DNA from: a virus
Lineage: Duplodnaviria; Caudoviricetes
Direction: 5' to 3' (one strand)
DNA: 64,000 nt
IMG/VR virus record: IMGVR_UViG_3300031992_000011
A model generated the notes under the pieces. The model ran no database searches. It was not told the DNA's origin and worked only from the letters and a program-made list of their open reading frames with translations. Below, in pieces: positions 1 to 8,120 of this stretch; within the stretch, counting starts at the first letter, position 1; every line of letters begins with the position of its first letter. The position numbers were made by a program, and so were the translations under genes.

Positions 1-259
1 TCGCCGGTTCTTTCTCGTCACATGAGACGCTGTGGAAAGACCGTGGCAAGCGGATATTTGACTCTTTTGTGCCGGAAGGCAGAAATATGGTGCGGATTGA
101 ACCGTTGTTTGTCATTTTCACGACAATAACAGACCCTATGCACCTGTCGCTTTCGGTGGCGGTAAGTATGTCAATCACCGTCCCGACACGGATGACTTCG
201 TCATTGTAAAAATACAGTTTGTCACCCTTTTGACAATCATTCAGTCGCTTTGTCTCCAT
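1..259 (-). CDS. hypothetical protein, truncated by the window edge (METKRLNDCQKGDKLYFYNDEVIRVG...)
   Basis: Manual translation: ATG at 259 overlaps the end of the MTase gene and the frame stays open to position 1. Not in the ORF track. Confidence 0.7.
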   Translation of the reverse strand, partial: METKRLNDCQKGDKLYFYNDEVIRVGTVIDILTATESDRCIGSVIVVKMTNNGSIRTIFLPSGTKESNIRLPRSFHSVSCDEKEPA

Positions 260-1130
260 CGTTTTTATTCTTTTGCTCCTCTTTTTTCTTTTTTTCCTTC
301 GGTTTAGGCGGTTGCTTGATCATTGTCTTTCCGGACGTCCTGAAATTCTCAAGTCGCTTCTTCGAGAACTCAACCTGTGCCGCCGAAAGTTCGCATCCTA
401 TGCAGGACATGTCAAAACCGCGCTCCGCGGCGAACTTCTCAACCGCTATCGCCGTGGTCCCTGTGCCCATGAACGGATCCATCACCTTGCATCCGTCCGT
501 GGCGTATATCTCAAGCAACGCCTCGCACAGTGCTGTCGAATATGTCGCCTTGTTCAGGTCGCAAGCGCCGTCATTGTTCGGCGCCTCGATGAAATTGAAC
601 ATGTTCTCGAAATACAACTGTCCTGTGTCCTCTCTCTTTGTCTTCACCTTTTTGTTGGCGCGATAGGTCATGAACTCGTCTTTTCGGCACAGCACGAAGA
701 CAAACTCCGTGATGCGGGTCATTTTGTTCTTTGACACGTTGTTTGGGAGCGCTGACGATTTCTTCCACACGATACAGTCGCCCACCGTGAAGTTGGTCTG
801 CTCTATTATGCTTCCCATTGCCAGCCACAATGTGTCAGGATTCTCGTTCCCGTAACTGATGTTATACAGCACTACACCGTCCTTCGCCAATATGCCGTCG
901 AAGAGTTTGAACAGTTCAACCGTCCAGTCGCGGTATTCGTACTGGTTCATGTTGTCAAGGCAGATGTCATAGCGCCGGTTGTATGTGTCTATCGCCTTTT
1001 GTGTTTTCACTGTGCTGCGGCTTGTCGAATACGGAGGTGACGTCAGTATGATGTCGACCTTGTAGTCCGTGGCGGCCTGACGCTTCATCACGTCAATGCA
1101 GTCCTCGTTCTTGAAGTATATCTTTGCCAT
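237..1130 (-). CDS. DNA amino-methyltransferase, beta class (N4-cytosine/N6-adenine family), orphan
   Basis: Catalytic TSPPY lies near the N-terminus and SAM-binding DPFMGTGTT near the C-terminus (beta motif order). Lys-rich tail. No cognate endonuclease is recognisable nearby. Confidence 0.92.
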   Translation of the reverse strand: MAKIYFKNEDCIDVMKRQAATDYKVDIILTSPPYSTSRSTVKTQKAIDTYNRRYDICLDNMNQYEYRDWTVELFKLFDGILAKDGVVLYNISYGNENPDTLWLAMGSIIEQTNFTVGDCIVWKKSSALPNNVSKNKMTRITEFVFVLCRKDEFMTYRANKKVKTKREDTGQLYFENMFNFIEAPNNDGACDLNKATYSTALCEALLEIYATDGCKVMDPFMGTGTTAIAVEKFAAERGFDMSCIGCELSAAQVEFSKKRLENFRTSGKTMIKQPPKPKEKKKKEEQKNKNDGDKATE

Positions 1131-1141
1131 TTCTATTCTTG

Positions 1142-1357
1142 TTAGTATGGTAAAACTATAGAAAACAGTCGCGATAGTGCTTGGTCTCTGGCATCTGTCA
1201 GCAACTTGTCAAGTTCGTCGTCGTTGTACATCTTCCGAAAAAGTTCCTGCATTTTTTCAGTCACGCACACTTGTTCTCTTGTGTTGCAACTTTCATACGT
1301 TTTTCGCACCTTTGTATATGCGTCGTACATGTTTTTGGGTCTGAATTCTGTTCTCAT
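1142..1357 (-). CDS. hypothetical protein
   Basis: 71-aa ORF lying between a Bacteroidota-type promoter and the MTase gene. Confidence 0.7.
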   Translation of the reverse strand: MRTEFRPKNMYDAYTKVRKTYESCNTREQVCVTEKMQELFRKMYNDDELDKLLTDARDQALSRLFSIVLPY

Positions 1358-1391
1358 CGGTTGGTTTATATTTGCATTTTAAATTTTTGCA

Positions 1392-1424
1392 CAAAGTTAA
1401 TGTGTAGAAACGGAATTAAACAAA
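1392..1424 (-). promoter_or_regulatory. Bacteroidota sigmaA-type promoter
   Basis: Minus strand TTTG (1424-1421), 21 nt, then TAACTTTG (1399-1392), matching the -33/-7 consensus. Confidence 0.75.
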
Positions 1425-1443
1425 CGTTTTAACATAAAAAAAG

Positions 1444-2016
1444 TTAATTCATGTTTGCTTGCTGATACAATGAGTTTATCAGCATGTTCTGCGCCTCAAT
1501 GAATGCCACATTGTGCTTCAGTGTGTCCGGCATTTCACGGTCTTCCGGATGTGCGATATACTTGATAATGTCAGCCACCTCCGTGAAATATCCGGAAGCG
1601 CATGATATGAAATCATCGACGTTCTCCTTGATTTCCTTGTTCTTGTCCGAGACGTATTTCTTTATGTCCTGAATTTGTGACCACGCCGTCGTGAGTTTCA
1701 CGTCGATACTCGAATCCATGAACTTGTCGCGCAGCACATCCTCTATGGCGTCACACATCTGTGTCACCTGATTGATGTGGCGTTGTGTGCGGCAGAAACC
1801 GGTGTAATCGTCAAAGAGCAGCGCCTCTTCGTCATTAGACGCGACATCTTTGAATATTTTTGATGCGGCTTCGATGTCAATGAAATAGTTCTTCGACATC
1901 ACAGTCTCGTCGAGGACGAAAACGCCTTTCGGGAACGCGTAGTCTCCGATGCTGTTCATCTTCAGGTTCTTTCTCACGCTGTACAATGCAATTTGTCTGT
2001 AATCAATGTCTTCCAT
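1444..2016 (-). CDS. hypothetical protein
   Basis: 190-aa ORF, preceded by a near-consensus promoter (TTTG 2059-2056, TACCTTTC 2034-2027). Confidence 0.8.
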   Translation of the reverse strand: MEDIDYRQIALYSVRKNLKMNSIGDYAFPKGVFVLDETVMSKNYFIDIEAASKIFKDVASNDEEALLFDDYTGFCRTQRHINQVTQMCDAIEDVLRDKFMDSSIDVKLTTAWSQIQDIKKYVSDKNKEIKENVDDFISCASGYFTEVADIIKYIAHPEDREMPDTLKHNVAFIEAQNMLINSLYQQANMN

Positions 2017-2070
2017 CTTTTTTTTGGAAAGGTAATGAAAAAATCAGGTATAATGCAAATTCTAATTGTT

Positions 2071-2111
2071 AAAAAAACAAAAAGACACTATGCTCACGCA
2101 CCGTGTCCTTT
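2071..2111 (-). terminator. intrinsic terminator with GUGA loop
   Basis: Minus strand AAAGGACACggTGC-GTGA-GCAtaGTGTCTTT followed by T tracts. Confidence 0.7.
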
Positions 2112-2264
2112 CTACCTCTTTGATGTTATGAAAAAATTTGCCCTAAATGAAAAACTTTAGTTTCGTTACGAACATCCGTACTGTCTCAGTAAAGACATCC
2201 GTTGTTAATATGTATGTCGCTGTATCATTTTTTCAACCCCATATATGTTTTTTGTCCGGATTTT

Positions 2265-3413
2265 TTAGATGGCGTAAATTCCCAATGGTGTACCGGCCAG
2301 TACCTTCTTCATGTCGTCGACAAGTTCGCCTTGCCGCTTCATTGTCTCATACGGGTTCATCCTCTGCAATCGCTCCTTGAGGTCTGTCATCGCATTTTCT
2401 CTTTCTTTCTGCCCAAGCGTCATCAGCATGTTGTAATCCATCTGCACTGGACTTGCTATCATGTTTATCGAGCCTGAGAATTTTCCTCGTATCAGCGCGA
2501 GTGTCTCACACGCAATGCCAAAGAGAATCTGCCTAACAATCACTTTTGTGGGAGCGTTCAGCAACGAATAGTCTATCTCGGCCAACGGCACTTGATCCGG
2601 AGAAAGTAGCACGTCCGGGTTGTCCACCCTGCATTCGTCGACATTGTCCGCCGTTACATCATAGTATGTGTACCACACGTAACAGTTGTTCAGCCCGAGA
2701 TAACCCTGTCCGCCCGCGCCGAATGTGAGCCTGCTGCCGGGCGTGGACATCAGATGTATCAGGTGCGTCCCGTCAGGACCGGCAGTCACCTTGTATGTGA
2801 GGTCGCTGCGGATGAACTGGTTCTTGTATTTCAGATCCGCTGACATTGTGGCTATGTCGGCGAACGGTATCGCATATAGACCGACACCCATTCCGTATGC
2901 GCTTGACATTCCGCCGAACGCGACGGCGGACCCGAGTCCCATCTGTCCGGTGACGCCCCCTCCGAATCCCACACTGTATCCGGCGAAATTCGCCCACAGC
3001 GCGGCGTCTGACGTCGGAGGTGTCACCCACAGCACCTTGTTTATCTCACGTCCGGCCGGGACGACATACACCTGCCTTCCTTCCTCTATTTTGAAAAAAT
3101 CCTTCTTGAGTTCCCATTTGCCTTGCTGCTGAAGTCCTACATTCTTGCTGAACCACTGCGAGTAGTCCTTTGCCAGGTCAAGCGTCCTGACCGACAGCGC
3201 AAACGCGAGGTCTATGTTTGTCGTGTTCTTTCCGTAAAGGTTGGCCCAGTTGCTCTCAATAATGAAATTCTGAACCTTCTCGGCATAGTCTCCGACCGCC
3301 TGTTCAAGAAGGTCGCAAAGCGCGTCGTCGGTCAGTTCAACCTTCCTCACCGGCGCGCCAAGTCTGCTTCTTATCTGTTTGAACAATTTGTGTTTTTCCT
3401 CGTTGAGAATCAT
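2265..3413 (-). CDS. neck/head-completion protein, T4 gp13-like
   Basis: N-terminus IRSRLGAPVRKVELTDDAL resembles the gp13 LRRLGAP signature, and it has RGKFSG and a C-terminal PLGIY. Start moved from the track's 3806 to ATG 3413. Confidence 0.8.
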   Translation of the reverse strand: MILNEEKHKLFKQIRSRLGAPVRKVELTDDALCDLLEQAVGDYAEKVQNFIIESNWANLYGKNTTNIDLAFALSVRTLDLAKDYSQWFSKNVGLQQQGKWELKKDFFKIEEGRQVYVVPAGREINKVLWVTPPTSDAALWANFAGYSVGFGGGVTGQMGLGSAVAFGGMSSAYGMGVGLYAIPFADIATMSADLKYKNQFIRSDLTYKVTAGPDGTHLIHLMSTPGSRLTFGAGGQGYLGLNNCYVWYTYYDVTADNVDECRVDNPDVLLSPDQVPLAEIDYSLLNAPTKVIVRQILFGIACETLALIRGKFSGSINMIASPVQMDYNMLMTLGQKERENAMTDLKERLQRMNPYETMKRQGELVDDMKKVLAGTPLGIYAI

Positions 3414-3509
3414 ATGATGATAGTATCTTTCTGTAAATATCTGAAAAAACATAACACCCGTTTGTTCTCTTCCACTATTTATGTGTACAGTAAAATCTCT
3501 ATAAATAAA

Positions 3510-3752
3510 ATGGAAAGAATTAGTGAAGCACGTCTTAGGAAGATAGTGAAGGAAAGTGTAAGGCATGCGCTGAATGAAGGGACAACAAACCAGGAAGACT
3601 TCAACATATGCGACGAGATATTCGACATGTGGACAGGTAGGCAAGTCTGGGAGTTCATCTACAACATGCTGAACAGTGACCAGATACACGAGATAGCGGA
3701 AGAGCTTGTCGACGCCGGTTTCTACGACGACGGATACGACACGGAAGAATGA
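3510..3752 (+). CDS. small acidic protein, putative internal head protein
   Basis: ATG 3510 follows an A-rich leader. N-terminal ISEARLRKIVKESVRHALNE helix, then an acidic remainder. TATTTAT at 3476. Confidence 0.7.
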   Translation: MERISEARLRKIVKESVRHALNEGTTNQEDFNICDEIFDMWTGRQVWEFIYNMLNSDQIHEIAEELVDAGFYDDGYDTEE

Positions 3753-3771
3753 ATCACACCAGCAGTCACGG

Positions 3772-4173
3772 ATGGCACAGCAGTTTTTCATAACAAAGGG
3801 TTCCACACTCCCGAGTTTACGTCTTGAGGCGATTCATGACGGGAGGCATGATTTCCGCAACCTTTATATAGCGCTTCAGAACGCCGACGTCACATTCTCG
3901 ATGTCGGAACAGTCGACCGGAATAAAGCGGATAGCGAACGCAAAGGCGTATGTGGTCGAGAAGGCGGATTCAGGATGCGAGGAGGCATACGTGCTGGAAT
4001 ACAGATGGAACAAGAGGGACACGGCGGAATCCGGCACTTACATCGGACAGTTCCACATCGTGTTCAACGACGACCTTGTGATGGATGGCATGTCCTTCCC
4101 GAAGGGGGAGATGTACGTCCCCATCGCGGAGGATCTGCTGATAACCGTCAGCGACGCCGGAATCAAAATTTAA
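3772..4173 (+). CDS. hypothetical beta-rich protein, possibly BppU N-terminal-like virion protein
   Basis: FFITKGSTLP...LEYRW...DTAESGTYIGQFHIVF pattern. Start set at ATG 3772. Confidence 0.6.
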   Translation: MAQQFFITKGSTLPSLRLEAIHDGRHDFRNLYIALQNADVTFSMSEQSTGIKRIANAKAYVVEKADSGCEEAYVLEYRWNKRDTAESGTYIGQFHIVFNDDLVMDGMSFPKGEMYVPIAEDLLITVSDAGIKI

Positions 4174-4189
4174 TAACCGCCAACGACAA

Positions 4190-4732
4190 ATGAAGACAAA
4201 ACTGACGCAAAAACAAAAGTCTGTCCTCAATGAGGTGCGTTCGATGATGGACAAACTCGAGAATAACCCTTATGGCCGGACAATCGACAATCCTGAATCA
4301 GACGGTTTCGGACGGTTTAATCCGGGTAATGGACGGCCGGATATTGACAACCCGTCATTGCCGCGCATCAAGAACAGACCCACAAACGAAAAAGTTGACG
4401 AGAAACTGATCGCAGACATCAGCGAGTCTGTCATGCGTGCGCTGAACGAAATGAACTACAACGGCATCGACGACATAATCGAAACCGCATATAATGACTA
4501 CGACTGCGGGCAGAAATACTGGGAGATTGTGCGCATGCTGCGCAAGAAAGTGGAACATGGCACCGAACTGGACCTTGGCGTACTATACAAGTCGTCAATG
4601 ATGGACAAATATTGCCGTTTCTGCTACCGTAAACTTGGAATAGGAAGACGAGACATAAATCCTAACAGTTCGCCTCAGATGTTCAAGAGGACGATGGCGA
4701 AACGAATGATAGATGACGTTTACAATTATTAA
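4190..4732 (+). CDS. hypothetical protein, putative internal head protein
   Basis: 180-aa ORF carrying VLNEVRSMM and LIADISESVMRALNE motifs. Confidence 0.7.
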   Translation: MKTKLTQKQKSVLNEVRSMMDKLENNPYGRTIDNPESDGFGRFNPGNGRPDIDNPSLPRIKNRPTNEKVDEKLIADISESVMRALNEMNYNGIDDIIETAYNDYDCGQKYWEIVRMLRKKVEHGTELDLGVLYKSSMMDKYCRFCYRKLGIGRRDINPNSSPQMFKRTMAKRMIDDVYNY

Positions 4733-4741
4733 TTAAAAGAA

Positions 4742-5014
4742 ATGAGCAAGATAACAAACGGCCTGATTGAGCGATTCGGCACAGACAAAGTGCTTCACTT
4801 CCTTGGAGGGGCTTGGATAACGGCACTGTTCGGCGTGCTCGGATGGTGGGGTTTGATCGCAAGTTTTGTCGCCGTGTTCGTGTTGTCATATATCAAGGAG
4901 GAATTTCTTGACGACAAATTTGACAAGGTCGACATACAGGCGGCGCTGATTGGAAGTGCCGCTAGCGCTGTCATGTACAGCATAATCAGACTGATTTACA
5001 GTCTATTCGCTTAA
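4742..5014 (+). CDS. small membrane protein (DKxLHF motif, VanZ/YfiM-like)
   Basis: DKVLHF, hydrophobic helices and a KE...D motif. Confidence 0.65.
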   Translation: MSKITNGLIERFGTDKVLHFLGGAWITALFGVLGWWGLIASFVAVFVLSYIKEEFLDDKFDKVDIQAALIGSAASAVMYSIIRLIYSLFA

Positions 5015-5029
5015 AATCACCAATCTTAG

Positions 5030-5476
5030 TCACACATACTTCAGGAGCATATCGCGCCTTGCGAGCATGCTCTCAAGTTCGTCCTCGGCCTCGGCGAACT
5101 GTATGACAATCCGGCACGGTTCCGGATACTCGTCCGCCTCGTCAAGGTTCTCGGAAGCCAACGCGATGCATCGGTCGCGGCAGTCCTGCATGCTGAAGCA
5201 GCAGTTGTCTTGCGCCACGTCCAGTTTCACGGTCGTCTTGAGTTCCGCGACACGTTCGTATTGGGATGAATCCGGAACCATCAGTTCGCGGTTTGCGACA
5301 CACGCCGGTTTCTCCGACCATCCCTCCGAGAACGTGTCCTCAGGCGTGCTCGACAGAAATATGTGGTATATGTTCATCCCGTCCGAGTTTTGCCCTATCG
5401 GAAGCACATACACGACAAACAGATTATCGTCGTCTTCGTCAACGAACCCTATTTCTTTGTCTAAATTTTCATCCAT
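5030..5476 (-). CDS. hypothetical acidic protein
   Basis: 148-aa ORF overlapping the exonuclease stop, consistent with an operon. Confidence 0.75.
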   Translation of the reverse strand: MDENLDKEIGFVDEDDDNLFVVYVLPIGQNSDGMNIYHIFLSSTPEDTFSEGWSEKPACVANRELMVPDSSQYERVAELKTTVKLDVAQDNCCFSMQDCRDRCIALASENLDEADEYPEPCRIVIQFAEAEDELESMLARRDMLLKYV

Positions 5477-5990
5477 GTTTCTGTTCCTCCAACAATTTTA
5501 TGTGGCATTCGCCACACGCCATCGCGTCGTCAATCGCGGAATGGTGCTTTTCGAGAATGACACCGAGTCTGTCGCATACGCTGTCCAATGTGTGCGTGCT
5601 GATGTCCGTGAGCAGACTGCGGCTTTCTTTCAGCGTGTCTATATACCGGTAATCCGAATTGGTGCCGAAAAAATCAGAGCATGCGTTGATGCAGCTTTTC
5701 TCGAACGCGGCGTTGTGCGCCACGATCGGACTGTCGCCTATCATCTTGTCGACAGTTTCCCACACCGAAGGAAATGAAGGCGCGTCCTTCACGTCGTCAT
5801 AGCACAAACCGTGTGTCATGACGCAGTAGTAATTTTCGCTTTTAGACGGCGGGCATACGAGACTGTGAAATTTCTCAACAGGTCTGCCATTCTCAAAAAC
5901 AACACAACCGACGCTGCACACAGTAGCGCGCCACGTGTCAAGAATTTCAAAGTCCAACGCAACAAACCTGTCTTTCCGTCCATCATCCAT
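5469..5990 (-). CDS. 3'-5' exonuclease, DEDDh family (DNA pol III epsilon-like)
   Basis: ExoI FVALDFE, ExoII AHNAAFE and ExoIII HHSAIDDA. TGATG coupling to the helicase stop. Confidence 0.9.
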   Translation of the reverse strand: MDDGRKDRFVALDFEILDTWRATVCSVGCVVFENGRPVEKFHSLVCPPSKSENYYCVMTHGLCYDDVKDAPSFPSVWETVDKMIGDSPIVAHNAAFEKSCINACSDFFGTNSDYRYIDTLKESRSLLTDISTHTLDSVCDRLGVILEKHHSAIDDAMACGECHIKLLEEQKHG

Positions 5991-8005
5991 CACTTGTCCT
6001 TTTCAGCATTGATGACCGTGTCCATGATCAGTTCCTTACGCATCACCTTCTCGAACATGTCCTGCGAAACAGAGTCGGTGAACAGCTGATATATGCAGAG
6101 GGCATCCTTCTTCTGCGTTATGCGGTAGATTCGGTCCTGTGCCTGTTTGTTGTCAGCCGCCGACCAAGAGTACGAGTTGAAGATGAGATAACGCGCAGAG
6201 GTCAGCGTGAGGCCAAGCGACATGGCTGCCTCCTGACCAATGAACACCTTTGTCTTCTTGTCGGTCATAAAAGCGTTCTCCGCCTTGTCCTTCTGTTTCG
6301 GAGTCATCTTTCCGTCATAGGTCACGCACTTCTTGCCGAAGTGTTCCTTTAACTTCCTGATTTCTTCCGAAAAGTTGCACACGATGATGACTTTCTCCCC
6401 GTCTTCGAGAATGTCTTCTGCAAGTTCTATCGTGTGCGGCACCATTGCCTCGGCAAGATACTTCCGGACAAGTGTCCCCTCGATGAGTTGCTTGTACTCC
6501 TCGTTGCTCTCATCGCCGTTCTCCACCCTGGCGTTCACGTACTCGTCCCAAAGTCTGTCGTATTCCGACTTCTCTTCGGGGGTCAGGTCGTAATACCGTG
6601 AAGTTACGGTCTTGTTGACCATTCCCGGTATGTCGCGTGAGAGACGCCTGATGTAAAGATGCTTTATGGCTTCGCCGAGTTCCTCGAGATTTGACGACCC
6701 TTGCGGAATAGTCATTATCTTCGCGTTGTCCCGTATGAATGCCACGCAGTCACCTCTCATCGACCCGCTCATGGTGTCCCACGAGCAGTGGTTTTTCCTT
6801 TCGTAGACCGTGCGCCACTTCACCCAATCACCCGGTTTCATCATCTCCTTTCCGTCGCAGTAACGGTTCACATATCTCACATAATCCTGTGTCACCGGCG
6901 CATTGATGAGTCGCAGTATGTGATACAGGTTCATCGGCGTGTTTGTGAGCGGTGTACCTGACAAAAGGAACACATACTCGACACCGGTCTTTGAAAGAAA
7001 GTCGGAGATTACGGCGTAGCGTATTGACGTGTTGTTCGACAGTTTCTGTGCCTCGTCGATTATCACACAGTCGAATTTCGACTGGTAAAGCGGAGAGTTC
7101 GCCAACGCCTTCTGTATGGCGTCCTTTTTCCGTGTCTTGACCATCTTCGGTATCTCCTCGCCGGTCTTTTTGTCGACCTTAAATTCCGGTACCTTCAGTT
7201 TCTCGGTCTTACCGTCTTTCCCGACGATGATTTCTTCACGATACTTCTGCTCATAGGCCACCTCATAGTACCTCTGCACTATGTCGTAGTTTATGACGGT
7301 GAACAGTGATGTCTCTCCGTCCCATAACGACCCGCTTACGACCTTGCAGTCGGACTCGTCACTTGTGTAAAGCGCTATCTCGCGCCGCCATGTCGACTTA
7401 AGCGACGCTGTCGTTATCACAAGTATGCGTTTCGCTCCGCTCTCGAGCGCGGCGACAACGGCTTGACTTGTCTTTCCGAGTCCGGGTTCGTCAGCAAGGA
7501 TGCATCGCTTGTTCGTCAACAAGAACTTCACGCCGTCGCGCTGATGCTCCTTCAGTTTTCTCCCCGGTGTCATCGAGTCGTACTTGTCAAAGTCCACCTC
7601 CAACGACTTGTAGTCTGAATTGTCGTTCAGGTCGGTGAGAATGAACCTTTTGCCTATAAACATCAGTTGTGGCGGAACTGACTTGCGGTACTGAGCGTAG
7701 CAGTGATAACTTCCTCCCATCTCCCCGATGATGCTTGCGAGCCATAATTTTACCGGTGTAAAGTCGAGGTTGAATTTGCTGCGCATCTGCTCCCCGTAGT
7801 CGCCTGACAATCTCACAAGTTTATTGACATCGCGTCTACTGTAGTTCGCATTGCTGATGATGTACTCCGTGTTGAAATCACCTTCAGCGAGCAAGAGGCG
7901 ACCACTCTCATACATACGCTTGAAACGAAGAATATACTCGTTACTGCCTGTGTATGAGCGTAATATTGAATACGCTTTGGTTATGTCACTCTCTTTTTTC
8001 GCCAT
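5990..8005 (-). CDS. SNF2-family helicase/ATPase
   Basis: LADEPGLGKT, IIDEAQ, LSGTP and QAQDRIYRITQ. Start set at ATG 8005 (MAKKESD). Confidence 0.92.
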   Translation of the reverse strand: MAKKESDITKAYSILRSYTGSNEYILRFKRMYESGRLLLAEGDFNTEYIISNANYSRRDVNKLVRLSGDYGEQMRSKFNLDFTPVKLWLASIIGEMGGSYHCYAQYRKSVPPQLMFIGKRFILTDLNDNSDYKSLEVDFDKYDSMTPGRKLKEHQRDGVKFLLTNKRCILADEPGLGKTSQAVVAALESGAKRILVITTASLKSTWRREIALYTSDESDCKVVSGSLWDGETSLFTVINYDIVQRYYEVAYEQKYREEIIVGKDGKTEKLKVPEFKVDKKTGEEIPKMVKTRKKDAIQKALANSPLYQSKFDCVIIDEAQKLSNNTSIRYAVISDFLSKTGVEYVFLLSGTPLTNTPMNLYHILRLINAPVTQDYVRYVNRYCDGKEMMKPGDWVKWRTVYERKNHCSWDTMSGSMRGDCVAFIRDNAKIMTIPQGSSNLEELGEAIKHLYIRRLSRDIPGMVNKTVTSRYYDLTPEEKSEYDRLWDEYVNARVENGDESNEEYKQLIEGTLVRKYLAEAMVPHTIELAEDILEDGEKVIIVCNFSEEIRKLKEHFGKKCVTYDGKMTPKQKDKAENAFMTDKKTKVFIGQEAAMSLGLTLTSARYLIFNSYSWSAADNKQAQDRIYRITQKKDALCIYQLFTDSVSQDMFEKVMRKELIMDTVINAEKDK

Positions 8006-8025
8006 ATTGAAAACGGTTTCGACCG

Positions 8026-8057
8026 CAAAAGTAATACATACCGGCCAAATGTCCAAA
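8026..8057 (-). promoter_or_regulatory. Bacteroidota sigmaA-type promoter for the SNF2 operon
   Basis: Minus strand TTTG (8057-8054), 20 nt, then TACTTTTG (8033-8026). Confidence 0.65.
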
Positions 8058-8120
8058 AAATCAAGTGCTTTCTTTAGATTTTTTAACTTTCTTGTTCCAA
8101 CGGAAGTATATTTACCTGTG

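Noticed and set aside
3500-3507. TATAAATA as a canonical T4 late promoter for the 3510 gene
   Set aside because: It lies only 2 nt from the ATG, and other structural genes carry the reverse-complement motif, so it is better read as minus-strand TATTTATA facing the neck gene.
3414-3806. N-terminal extensions given by the ORF track (neck 3806, SNF2 8185, fusion 7851, gp25 46879, tdk 37761)
   Set aside because: They overlap neighbouring genes, promoters or hairpins. Downstream ATGs fit the family N-termini and gene packing better.
6700-7250. Inteins or introns in the SNF2 helicase, nrdD or DnaB-like helicase
   Set aside because: The insertions in SNF2 are short and lack C/S...HN splice motifs. 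nrdD and the helicase are of normal length and uninterrupted.
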